Assembly (NCBI GenBank): GCA_030704615.1 | Contig: CM060731.1 | Location: 50,654,001 to 50,718,000 of the forward strand | Direction: 5' to 3' | Length of the DNA stretch: 64,000 nt | DNA from: Takakia lepidozioides | Taxonomy: Eukaryota > Plantae > Bryophyta | Shown here: piece after piece, positions 52,571 through 64,000 of the stretch | Position numbering within the stretch: position 1 is the first letter of the stretch | Layout of the letters: every line of letters begins with the position of its first letter | Notes under the pieces: generated by a model | Seen by the model: only the letters and a program-made list of their open reading frames with translations | Told to the model about the DNA's origin: nothing | Database searches by the model: none | Program-made: the position numbers and the translations under genes

Positions 52571-53485
52571 TGTCGGTGACGGACATTCTTTTAGTGGCGG
52601 ATAATCTCCAAATTTCGACCTCGCGTGGGTATTGGCGACATGGGCAAAGGGAAATGAGTCTGAAAAATGCAAACTTTATGCCAAAAATTGATTTGGTGGG
52701 CCCACCATTCGCCATAGGGGCCGTAAGAGGGAGGCACATGGCGCCATATTGAATGAAGGCAATTTACAATAGAGGAGCCAGATCCCACCGACCACCACCT
52801 GCATGACATCGCCCGTTTGGAGTGGGCGGGAAGACGTGGAGGCAGCTATGCTGCCCATTTTTCTATATATATATATAAAGTATGACGCCTCCTTAAGGGA
52901 GCGTAACAAGGGCTACTACCTTCCAGCTGAAAGGTGGACACGTTATATATATGTATATATATTGGTAAATATAGTCTGGACTCTGTACAGATACACTTTG
53001 TAGTGATAAATTAGCAACATGTATATGGGAAGCTTAGCGGTAGAGAATTCCCTAGGTAGCCATATGGTGTTCAATTCCTAACACCTCCGTACTTTTTTCG
53101 ATAGTAACCTGGTTTGGATGATAAAGTTCCTAAATATGAAAAAGGTGGCCGCGGAGGAGGGCAAAAGGTGACTGTAGAGGAGGATGATAATCAAAAGGGT
53201 GGTAGAGGTTTACAAAAATAGAATGAGAATGTCACTTATTCATTTTTTTGGATTGCCATAATTTTTGCCCAGTCTCCATGTTGAGAGCATCCAATTTGCT
53301 ATGTCAATTGTGGGCAAGTCTAATAGGTTTTAGGTTCATTCGCCCAACACCCATTCAAAATCTCATATTATCGCCAGCAATTTCAACTATATATTTTGTC
53401 CAAGCGCCATATGTGCTCCTCTAAGGTTCTCCATATGTGCTCCTCTAAGGTTCTCATGGATGCCACTTTGCTACAATGTAAATAC

Positions 53486-53724
53486 CAGTGTTGGGCGGTT
53501 ACCCGCCTGGCCCCGGGTAACCGCCGGTTCCGGTTCCGGTTATGTGGAACCGGACCAGAACCGGACCCGCCTGTGCAGAACCGGAACCGGAACCGGAACC
53601 GGAAATTGGGGATTGTGTGGGAACCGGAACCGGCGGTTCCAGCTACGACCACATGTGTGGGAACCGGGTTTGGGGTTTAGGGTTCCGGTTTCGGTTCCGG
53701 TTCCACCCGTGGGCTGTAGCCCTA
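53486..53724. mobile_element. Small element with GGAACC/GGTTCC subterminal repeats (hAT MITE-like)
   Basis: Begins CAGTGTT and ends GCCCTA, with many (GAACCG)n and (CGGTTC)n units; no 8-bp TSD found. Confidence 0.5.
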
Positions 53725-53740
53725 AGTGTCTCTAGTCTCT

Positions 53741-56246
53741 ACGTGCGCGGTTCATGATGCGGCGATGCGGAAGGTAATCGGCCACGCCGTAGTGCTGCAA
53801 TATGCGGTTGTCCCAGAAGGCCACATCATTGGCTTGCCATCTCCATCTCACTGTGAATTCGGGCTTTGTAGCATGCGCAAACAGAAATCCCAGCAATGCA
53901 TCGCTCTCGTCCTTTTACAGATCCACAATGCGGGTCAGGAATCCTTGGCTCAGGAAGAGAGCCTTGCGCCCACTGTCAGGATGAGTGCGGATGAGAGGGT
54001 GCACCACTGGCGGGTGCTCTTTCACAGCTTCCTCCCACAGCGCCTTGGGGTCCCCTCGACCTTCGTAGTGGTACCGGGGCTGCGAGAATGACTTGACAAA
54101 GCTATGCTCTGCTTTTAGCCCAAGAAGAAATTGTTGCAATGGGCTTTGAGAGCGCCTCGAAGGCTGCAATGCCGATTGCATCGCAGGCAGGTGATCTCTT
54201 GTTCGCTTCGTAGTGCTGCAACACTCTGTCAAGCACAGTTTTGTGGAAGTCCGTTGTCTTCTAATCTGTCTGCTTCTTTATGCCGTCTTCATGGGCTCCC
54301 TTTGTGCCCTCTCCTTTACTGGTCTGCCTCTCGTTCTCTCTTCTGTTTGTCTTCTTCTCTTTTACCTTTGCGCGGATCCGCTGGGGAACGAGCTGGGAAC
54401 AGCTCGATGTATAACTCATTAGAGTTATGTTGTCAAACTCATGGCAACTGCCTTCTTGAATTGTGACGCTGATCGCACGCCCTGAAGCCAAACATGAACT
54501 ACCAATGTAGCTCAGAGATAGCAATTTCCGCCTTTGCCCCTACGATTGTAATATCTTGGGTGAGACGAGTGCTTTGGAGTTTTAGAATGCCCTCTCCTTC
54601 CAGCTTATTTTGTTACTCAGTATAGTTATATGCAGAAGTGAAAGACATTGCAATTACATTTTTGAATTCCTACGTCGATCAAGCGCCCTGAAGTTCGATA
54701 CAGCCAATTCCCCTCGTGTCCCTACGATTGTAGCATCTTCGGCGAGCTTTGTATTTCCAGGTAGTTCTGTAATATATTTGTATGCAGCCAAGAAGTAATA
54801 CACTTTGCAAATACCTTCTCAAATTTTTACCGTTTGATCAAGTGCCTGAAGCCAAACATGAACTGCACATAGTGGCTCAGATATAGTGAAGTCTCCCTCT
54901 GTCCGATTGGAACAACTTGGGTGTGACAGGAAATGTGCCTCCTTGTTCCGAGCTCTGGATTTTCCTGTGCCCTCTCCTTTCTAGATATATGTTTTCTTCT
55001 TTTTCTCTTCTGTGATCTATTGTGTATTCCAAGATAGCCAATATTTCATAGAGGTCTTCCATTACGAGGATCAGAAATGCTTGGCAGCATATCTACAAAA
55101 GTCCTTGACTCTTAGACAATCCCTTGATTATCAGTTGTTTTTCAGTTGCTTGTTGAGGGCCCCACTCCCTTTCTTGTTTCATTCTTTCTCTAGTCCCTTC
55201 AGTTCTTTGGGATTTCAATAGAAAGTATCATTTCATTTCTCTTTCTTTCAAATATATCTCGCCTCAGGAAGCTTTTACATCTCTATCAATCAGTCTTTCA
55301 ACAGCCTTGGCTTCTATTTGGGGGGTTCTACAAAGAAGCAGCTGGCATCTGTAAATCTTAAGTTGGCCTTCTTTGTCTATTGTATGAGCTCTTTACCTGC
55401 ACATGATTGTGTATACGTGAGAGCTAGAAAGAAAATGAGCAGGTGAAAGGGATGATGCATGCTCGTCCCCATCCTTATAACTGGTAGCGTTTAAGCTTGT
55501 AGTGATGTGTGGCAAGCATGTGTTGTTTCTTGCACAGAGAACCTGTCTTTCTCACCTCCTATGTAGTTTCCTGGATGGCCTAGACCACAATGTCAACCTC
55601 TTAATTAGTGGAATTCTGGTGCTTATCAGGGCAAGAAATTCTCAGATCAGTATGCTCAGATCTGAAACAGTTGCAAAGATGGTATGGCTGCAGAGATCGG
55701 GATAGGGTCGACAACAGCACCTAAGAGGAGGCTCTGTCTGCAAGTTTGAACAGAACCCAGGACTGGAGTTGAATGTGCAAAGTGTCACAGGTGAAATGGG
55801 AATTGCCGGGGATCACTGAAATTGCTCTTTAAGTTCATCCATCTGTACTTCAAGAACGAGGGAAACAGGGTATCACCACCCACGGGAGGTATGAGCTTGC
55901 CGCTCAGGATTGTGCCCAAGGGCAGTGTCTCAATGAAAGTGACGTCGGTGTGCCACTTATCATTGTCTGGGGGGTGATCACCGTCAGAATCCAGTACCAT
56001 GATTTCCTCTAACTCGGGGCCTAAGTTTGGGTAGATTGGATGTATGTGCAAATCACCGAAACGCTTGGCGAAGGCGTGCTGTTGGTGTGGAGTGATCGGC
56101 TGGTTGCGGAAGAAGAGCACCTGATACTGAAGTAAGGTGTCGTTGATGGCTGCCTGCTCTGCATCCTGCAACGGTTCCGCCAGAGAAATACCTTCGACCA
56201 CGGCGCCGATGGCCCTCGTGAGTGGAGTGATTTGCAGAGTACTCAT
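53741..56246 (-). pseudogene. tauD: Bacterial-type taurine/2-oxoglutarate dioxygenase, intronless, split by a ~1.68 kb insertion
   Basis: 5' half 56246-55863: FGDLHIHPIYP, PPDNDKWHTDVTFIET, GGDTL. 3' half 54179-53741: [56 protein letters not shown]. Frameshift near 54141, in-frame TAA at 53915-53917, last residues missing. Confidence 0.93.
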
Positions 56247-57126
56247 GGATCCAGTAAACTTGTTGTTACTGAAGCTCTGACAATAAGGTGTAAGCCTTCA
56301 AGGCTGTAGTGTCCAATTGCTCTTGGGCACCTGCATCATAACACGAAAGATCAATGCGCTTACCCATGTGTTGTTCAGAACGAGGGCCCTAGGAGTAATT
56401 TGCTTATCTAGAGCGAGCAGCAAGACAAGTGTATTGACTCAGACAGCGCAAGTGCAGAATGGCCCACATCGAGTCACCTAGACAATATATTGGAGCAACG
56501 AAGAAATAGACCAACAACTGTTGCTGCTCCCCGAAGATCAAATCGGTTGTACAGTGAGATAGATTCTGCAGGTTTGCACCTCGCGCTGTAGTTGGTCAAC
56601 AAATTTGCCACTTTGAAAATTGTGGGGCTTAAATCTCTCCAAGGGAAGGTCAACGCGTACACCATACTTCTACCTCAATTGCAGCGCCATCATCAGCACT
56701 TTCCATAGTGGAAATCAAAACTTGCTCTCTTGGTACCACTCGAACATCATTCTCGTATAGCTGAATATCAAACATGCAATTAGACCCTGGCAGTCCCACG
56801 ACCATCAACTGAGACTTTTTGCTTCTGTGCTAGCTACATAATCTAGATGAATTCAGACCAACCGAGAAGAATTAACCCAGAAAGAGGTCAGCTCTCTGCC
56901 CCTCTCTTGTACAGTGCTTAGTTGTACAATCTGGATGACAGCCAGGCTAGCTTTGGATGACCAATTTGTACTTTTGCAGCACATAATGGATAGCAAGTTG
57001 GTTGGGGCGTAATGACAGTAGGTTGCTTCCTTGCCTCAGTGTCTATTGCCATGATCAATGTTGTTCATCGTGCAACAGAGATTTATACAGAACCTCGGCG
57101 CCTGACTGTTCCTGTATATGTGGCAG

Positions 57127-58131
57127 GTGCACACATACTTTCGGGAAATGTGTTTGAACCACGGGCACTCAGTGAGCTCCTTCCAGATTGGAAGGATCAA
57201 GGCGTATGTCCTCAGTCCATACTTATGAAAACTGGATGATGCAAGAGAGGTAGATGGCTTGGGGAGTGACTGTCTTCCGTTCATGATGTTATTCAGCTGG
57301 AAATGGATTGATTGCTGATGAGTGCTAATCAATTGAGACACATCCGTTCATGATAATTTGATAATAGCAGATTATCGCTGATGAGGATTGGTTGAAGGAT
57401 ATCAATTGGATCTTTTGACACAGGCTCCACTGCGTGTGCCAGTTGTGGAAGACAAGTTTTGGATGTTATTTGAGAAACGAGCACTGCCACTCCCATCTCC
57501 CTTCAACAACAATAGTAACTTTGTTATTAGGTCAGCTTCTACTCTCCTACTCCGGCTTGAGTGCAATATTTTTGTTTTCTCCACATATTCAACTTTGTGG
57601 AAATTATGCTGCTACTTTCCAATGCATAACAGGTATTGAAGTGTACAGAGAGACGGGGAAGAGACAGTTGCATGCAGGAAACTAGCATACTAAAGTCTTC
57701 CACCATGATTCAGTGGGCCACCAAATCCCAGGAAGCTTGGTAAATCCTAAACCCTCGATTGGAACAAACACTTGTGCTTAACCACAGAGACAAAGGCAAG
57801 GGGTATTATTCTATGTGAGAGCCAGCTATTTGGCAATGCTTGTTGAAGCCTTCCATAACCATGTGCTATGCTTTGAATAGCTTGAGTGAGCTGGTGCGGT
57901 GGCTAGGAGGGAAAGCAGAGAAACTTGGGGTTGAAATTTACCCAGGTTTTGCAGCGAGTGAGGTAACCCCCTTTTCTTTTGTTCACCATTCTATGGGTTA
58001 TTGTATTGGCAGAATTGATTTGCACCAAATTAGAGGGGTCTCCGCACTGTTCATTTCCAAGAAGTTCTATTGTGGGATGGTAGGATAGCTGCAGGTGGAG
58101 CTGAATAAGGTGCTTATGCAGGTTTTGTACA
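57127..58131 (+). pseudogene. ETFQO: Intron-containing internal fragment of ETF:ubiquinone oxidoreductase
   Basis: Exons 57127-57203 (GAHILSGNVFEPRAL), 57424-57530 and 57881-57962 (SLSELVRWLGGKAE.LGVEIYPGFAASE), plus the start of a fourth (VLY) at 58122. No N- or C-terminal exons nearby. Confidence 0.9.
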
Positions 58132-59041
58132 AGGGTGTTCCTTTTTTCGCTGTGTGTCAGGGAATCTTGAACAATGTTGACTGGCAAGAGAAGGTATGTG
58201 AGCAGCCATCCCCCTGTCTCTTCCATCCTCTCCTTTAGGGGCTCTCTCGTTCATAGTTTCTGGCTACTCCACGTGGCACTGCATTCTAGCTGTCTTCACT
58301 TGAAAGTCAACCTGGTCTTGGTTGTCAGTGATTTAGTCATCCAGTCGTCTCCAAGTGTTGTTCAGCTACTGAAGAGGGCTTTTCAAAAGAGAATGATCTA
58401 AGCAATCGAGTGGATATCAATGCTGTAGCAAGTAGAGTTAGTGACGTTGGTAAGCATCCACCACTTTTGGTTATTTTACTGTTTTTAGCTTTAGTTCACC
58501 ATGAAGCTAATCAGCTTCCTCCTTTTCTGCTATGGCATGTGGTGCAAGAGGTAAGGAGGACGAGTAAGGAGGGCCCACCTGCAACCAGGCCCCTTGGTCC
58601 ATGGTAATCATTGATCATCATTCTTCTTCTTTTTTTTTTTTTTTTTCCTGTTTTCTTTTATGATATACCAAGGGGCTGATAGCCCTTGCTCCACTATGGT
58701 AGATTTTACATTGGAGGGAGCACAAGCAAAGAGGGGCCCGCCAACCAGCCCACATTGATCATCACTGGTAAGTATCTTCCCTTTCTTTAAATTTTTTTTA
58801 TTCTTGATACAATTGGGGGTTGATGAGATAGCCCCTTTGGCTTCTGTTATAGCAGATTCTGCATGAGAGGGAGGGAGCCCAATGTAGGGAGGGACCTGCC
58901 AACCAGCCACCATTACCCGCTTGTAACTCCCTTTCATTGAGCTTTATTTTTTTAGTTGTTTACATTTTTAGTTGTAAATATATGAGTTGTGCACAATTAT
59001 TAAATGCCTTTTGGATTCTTTGTTTGCATTGTTTTTACACA

Positions 59042-60252
59042 GGAGTTGTTCCACAAGCTTTTTATGTCATGGAGCCCAATATTTTTGATGAACTAGAAAG
59101 GGAAGTTGTTCCTGACATCAATGTTGATAATGAGAGAGCTTTGGTGGAGTGCCATGTTGCGGAGGATGCTCATCATGAAGCCTCATTTACATCAGCTCAT
59201 CAACCCTCGGCTGCAACGTCATCTTCCACAATTTCGCCATCACACACGGTGTTGGATGTGGAGGCGCAGCTCCCAGTACTTGACAAACAACGGGATTTTT
59301 GGAAACCCCACAATCGCACTGCTTCGACATGGGCATTCTATGCAACAAAAGACTCTGCTCCAGTGGACATAACAAATCCACAACAAATGAGGTGTGTTCT
59401 ATGTCATCCTGTTGGTGTCACTCCTGCAAGCAAGAAGGGCATTGTGACCTATAATAAAACCAATGGTATCTCTGCCATTCGAAAGCATGTGGATCAAGAA
59501 CATGACATTGTTTTGCGTAGGTGGATTGAGAGGGAAAATGAAGGACCTGAGAAGGCCCGTAGGCCAGCCAAAAAGAGGCCCGGTCCCACTCCTGGAAACA
59601 TAGTTTTTTTTTTAGGAGCTCCACTCCATACAACCAAAATGATGATCAACAGAAGCAGTTCAATGAGGATTTAGTCTTATTCATTGCAAAGGAGTTGGTT
59701 CCACTGTCTTTGGTAGAATCCCCTTGGCTAAGAAGGATGGTGTTGAGGCAAAATCCTCGGATTGTTTTCCCTTCTCGACGGACATTTGTGAATGAGGCCA
59801 TTCCAATCTTGGCAGAGAAGACGAAAGAGCGCTACATGTCCCCATCTCTTCAGAGTTGTGCTACTTGCTCCGTGAGTTTTGATTTGTGGATGTCAAGAGG
59901 GGGAACTGACACTTTTGTCATCATAGCGCACTTTATTAATGAACAGTGGGAGCAATGTCATGTGACTCTTGGCCTGTTTGAGACACCTGACACATCTGGG
60001 GCTGCCATGGCACATCAAGTCAACAATCTTCATGTGAAGTATGGCCTCAATACTCGCATTATTGCTTACGTCAAAGATGAGGGAGGTAACTTGGCCACTT
60101 TGACCAATGCTTTGAATTCGGTGGTCTCATGTGCGTGTTTGGGGTTGGATTCTCCATTTGTGGGTAGCTGTTTTGGGCATGCAATGTCCAAGTGTTGCCA
60201 GTATGCAACAAATGATGCAAAAGTATGCGCAGATATGAGATCGGTTTCTATA
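59042..60252 (+). mobile_element. hAT transposase remnant (BED-like finger plus N-terminal catalytic part)
   Basis: W.FY...CVLC...HVDQEH, PLSLVESPWLRR, FPSRRT, SFDLWMS. Frameshift in the T run near 59604-59613; truncated at ~60252. Confidence 0.85.
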
Positions 60253-60559
60253 AGCACGAATGAGTTTAATATAATAGCTTGTAAGAAAACATTCATGACA
60301 TTCATCATTTTCATAACAGTCATGGAGTATTATCATTCATTCATCTCATAGAAAGTGAATACATAAGCCAATTCTGCAAAACAATCATTGATCTCATTCA
60401 AAAAAGTGTTTCCAGTATCAAACACTAAGCCAGATACAAGTCGACCTAGTTGGAACATGAACATGCATTGAAAAACAAGATTGAGAAGAAATCCTCATTG
60501 CAAAATAACATTGATCTCATTCAAAAATGCATCCTTGAAGCAAACGTACCCATCTCCAA

Positions 60560-63500
60560 AGTCCGATACACCCAGATTTGAGTAACAATGACAAGGAGGG
60601 CAAATGGGTAGAGTTGTAATGCAAATCCAAACTACATCTCAATTTGTACCCGAAGTATCTCGTTGTAGCAGTGTCTGGGTCCAATTGTACATTGGTGAAT
60701 GTACGTATCTCGTTTTGGATCACAAAACATTCTCCGAATATAGATGTAGTACAACTGCTTGCACGGGACAAATTTTACTCTCTTGCCAAGAGAACTTGAG
60801 AGCGTGTTCTAACAGTCCGGACAAGTGCAATTAGGGAAATCGCCAATAGTAATCTCATAGGTCCGGTCATGAACAACTGATCCAGAGGTTGCCATGGTAT
60901 ACACCCGACCATACCCTAACAAGGGAACATTCATAATTTGGGTGACGCAACACTATATGGTATGGTTCTGGCAGACTCCATCTTGCACTCATTGTTTGCA
61001 CCAGCCTCAACCAAACATACCGCTTTTCCATCCTTTTTTGTGGGCCTATCATTGCCCTGTCGAGGACGTGCCGTAAAGTTGGAAGGGAAAGCCATTGGGT
61101 CAACTGGTGTTACGACAGGAGGGGCTCTCGGAAGGCGAAACCTGGCCTCCTCCAGCATGTCAATCTCCAGTTTGGAGAGTGTGGTTCCAAACTTCACTGG
61201 CCACACGGCTGGAATTTGAGGCTTCATTATCACAGATTCCCGAACAGTCCCTATGACACAACGCACAATGTCATCCGGGCAGAACCAAAACTTGTGAGGC
61301 CTAGACTCCCGCGACTGGTAATGCTTGAACAACCCGGTGAATGTCGGGGCTGGAGTTCCGCAAGTCACTTTGGAAGGGACTTGCACTTCTGGAACGAGGG
61401 GGCCCTAATAGCGGCACATTTGACTTTTGATCCATGGGGAGTCCGTTCGATATGCCACATTGCGTCTGTACAGTCTGACTCCTCTACCGGCACTACTACG
61501 TTTGGTGGGGGGGGGTTTAGCGATGCCCCAGTGACCTCCAATCGCCGCGATTAGCGACGGAAATACTCTACAGCGCCCGGGGCGCGTCGGGGGCATTTTG
61601 CGACGTCGGGAAGTCACAGAGACGTCGCTCCCGGAATGTCGCTAATTAGCGTCGTCGGGGAATCGCAAACCCCTCGGGACCCACCCGGTCGCGGCGCCGG
61701 CGCGACTTGCGACGTCCGGGCATCGCAAAAAATAAAATAAATAATAATAATAATAATAATAATTCTGCGACGTCGCATTAAGGACGTCCGGGGGTCGTAA
61801 ATGCGACCCCTAGACGTCACAGTACGGGGTACATTTGAATTTAGTTGGGAAAATTTTGAATTTGAATTTTGAATTTCAAAAACTAGTTGACCATTGACTC
61901 AGCGTTGACAATTGACTCCGGTTTTGTCCAATGGCAGTTCATGCATTGTTCTACATATATTAGGCAATGCATATTTGAACCTAGGACCTCCACATTATAA
62001 CACTTCTAAGACACTGCACACTAACTAACAAATCTACAATACATCTATGTATCACAAAAGCAGTCCAAGTATATATATACATATCAAGAGTTAGTTCCTA
62101 GTGACTACCACTATCTAAATCCTATCATTGTGTTGCATATTATGCGTACTCTACAGGAGCTCTCTCAGCTAGAACTTGCACCGAGACTTGTCCCCAGAGT
62201 TCTTCAAGAACAAATATCTATCAATGGCCTAAGTTTTGCAAAGTTGCATTGCAACTTATTGTTGGACAATAACTATAGTCTAAGGATGCCAAGCCCATTA
62301 TGCTCTACAATCTACTCCCATAATCAATTTTCTGCGACACCCCCAGGACGTCGAGGAATCAGAGCGCCGCAACCCTAGCGACGGCCGGGCGCTTTTGCGG
62401 TGGCGGGGAATTTTTAAAGAAAAAAAAACGGGTTTTTTTTTTCGGGCATTGTGATTCCCCGCCGTCGCAAAAGCGTCGCCGAGCTGCGGCGCTGCGACAT
62501 CTCGTTTCGATTCCCCGGCGTCGCAAAAAATTGTTGCGACGCAGTGGCATCGCAACCCCCCCAGTGCGTTGGCGGGGGAATGGGGTCAGGCCCCTTTCCG
62601 GCGACGCATGGCATCGCAAGATGCCACAACGTTGTCCGAGCGCCAGCGTTACGACGCCCCGACGTCGCAAGTCCCGAGCCGGGCGCCTATGCGACGCTAC
62701 AGTTGCAAGGTGGTCGGCGCGTCTGGCGCGCCCGAGGTCTTGGCGTCGCTAACCCCCCCTAAGCGTAGTAGTGCGGCAACATGTTCTTCTCTTCACTGGG
62801 AACTATGATGGTTAGAGACTCCTGAGGAAACGAAGGCAAAGAAGACTCCCCCACAAAGGGAGTGACACCCACGAAAGTGGGGGGCACAGGCACACGTGGT
62901 ACTGAAAAAGTTCTCCCAATCGTGGCGGTGCGAATCTGCATCCGAGCCTGGTGGGGTGTCAAGTTTTCTTTTGCACAAACCAAACCTCTCCTCTCCTTCC
63001 AGATGTACAAGCCGTGACTGCAATGGTGTTCCCATTGTGCACTCGTTCACAGCCCGTGCCATCTTAGTAGGGTCTTTCAATCTGTTTGCAGCCCTTAGCA
63101 GCAACTCTGCCCTGTTTGGCCCCTTGCCTGTACCCTGTCCCCGAAGGAAATCCCGGTACCGTGTTTGTATCAGCTGTGGCAATGTACAGATCCCGCCCGT
63201 TCTTCCCGGATTGCTTCATCCAAACACTATGCACTGTCTCCGAAAGATTGCCAGAGGGCATGTCCGCAATATCCTCAAGCGTCATATCCTGCCAGCCACT
63301 AGATTATGCAATGAGTTTCATGTTTTGAGTGCAGTTTTACTGGACAAGAGCAGGCTTCAAACTGAAGGAACAAAACCCTCTAACTCTTGGAACTTACTGT
63401 TGTTATGAAACCCCCCCCACTGTCTGTATCGGAAATGCCAAAACCCAAACCAGTCGTCCAGCTCTTTGAGGTCTTCCTGGCTTGATGCATTCGAGGAGTA

Positions 63501-64000
63501 CCACCATGCTCGGATAGTTTGATACAGGGAGTTTGTACAAGCGGCATAGTCTCATGTGCTCGTCCTGCAATTCCACTTTTATGCAACTCTTTAAATGCCT
63601 TCGAAGGGACTGCGTCCAATGAAAGAGACAAGTGTGCTCCCTACCTTCCATAGGTGTTTTGGGGTCTCCAGATCCAAACACACACCGTACTACATTCCAG
63701 TTTGCCTGGGCGCTGTCAGCCATGAATCCATTGAAGTTTGGATCAGGCACACCATTCAAATTCATGACGTTCACAAGAGACCTCCACATCAGAATTTGAG
63801 ATTGTGTGTCCTTGGATTGCATGTCGCAAACGGTTATAGTCATTGCTCTTTGGTAAGTGGGATCATACACATGACAAGCCATGGTTGTCCACTCTTTAAC
63901 ACGTTTGACATGGTCGAACATGAGCCACGATTTCTGCAAATCGCCTCCAGGTTGCATTCTTCGGACCGGGCTAGCTCCACTACCCTCCCCCACCGTGGAC
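60560..64000 (-). mobile_element. Decayed MULE-like transposase gene with SWIM-type finger, interrupted by a CACTA element
   Basis: MFDHVKRV, GFMADSAQANWN and CLFHW resemble MULE DDE/CxxH motifs; NCTCPDC...PCKQLYY near 60740-60830 is SWIM-like. Multiple frameshifts; runs off the right edge. Confidence 0.65.
61491..62773. mobile_element. Non-autonomous CACTA (En/Spm) element, 1283 bp
   Basis: Termini CACTACTACG...CGTAGTAGTG; 3-bp TSD CGG at 61488-61490 and 62774-62776; GC-rich GCGAC/GTCGC subterminal repeats around an AT-rich centre. Confidence 0.93.

Noticed and set aside
53025-53100. tRNA gene candidate (A/B-box-like motifs, T run)
   Set aside because: No cloverleaf pairing found; at most a decayed tRNA-derived sequence.
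53407-53454. 24-bp tandem duplication CCATATGTGCTCCTCTAAGGTTCT
   Set aside because: Simple local duplication in transposon debris, with no sign of function.
53915-53917. TAA in TauD rescued by U-to-C editing or readthrough
   Set aside because: Such editing is organellar; this is nuclear DNA and other lesions are present.
54181-55865. TauD interruption as a spliceosomal intron
   Set aside because: A GT exists (CT|GTTTCC) but the only nearby in-frame acceptor is a weak GAG without a pyrimidine tract, and the downstream frameshift and stop remain.

Overview
Eukaryotic nuclear DNA from a land plant, probably non-flowering (it carries a flavodiiron exon, a family lost in angiosperms). The left ~42 kb is gene-dense: a decayed L1/Tx1-type LINE, then apparently intact multi-exon SCC2/NIPBL (+), plastid histidinol dehydrogenase (+), CDC45 (+) and RabF1/ARA6 (-). 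SCC2 introns hold six 5'-truncated copies of one non-LTR retroposon, with TSDs that mostly begin TCT at the 3' junction and no poly(A) tail. The right ~22 kb is a mosaic of transposons and gene fragments. It includes a ~5 kb long-TIR (Pack-MULE-like) element carrying ITPK and flavodiiron exons; PPR, NAPRT and ETFQO fragments; a Copia remnant; hAT and MULE-like transposase remnants; and a CACTA element. It also holds an intronless bacterial-type TauD taurine dioxygenase, split and disabled, which is the best horizontal-transfer candidate. All protein identifications are by recalled motif and sequence similarity; no database search was run.
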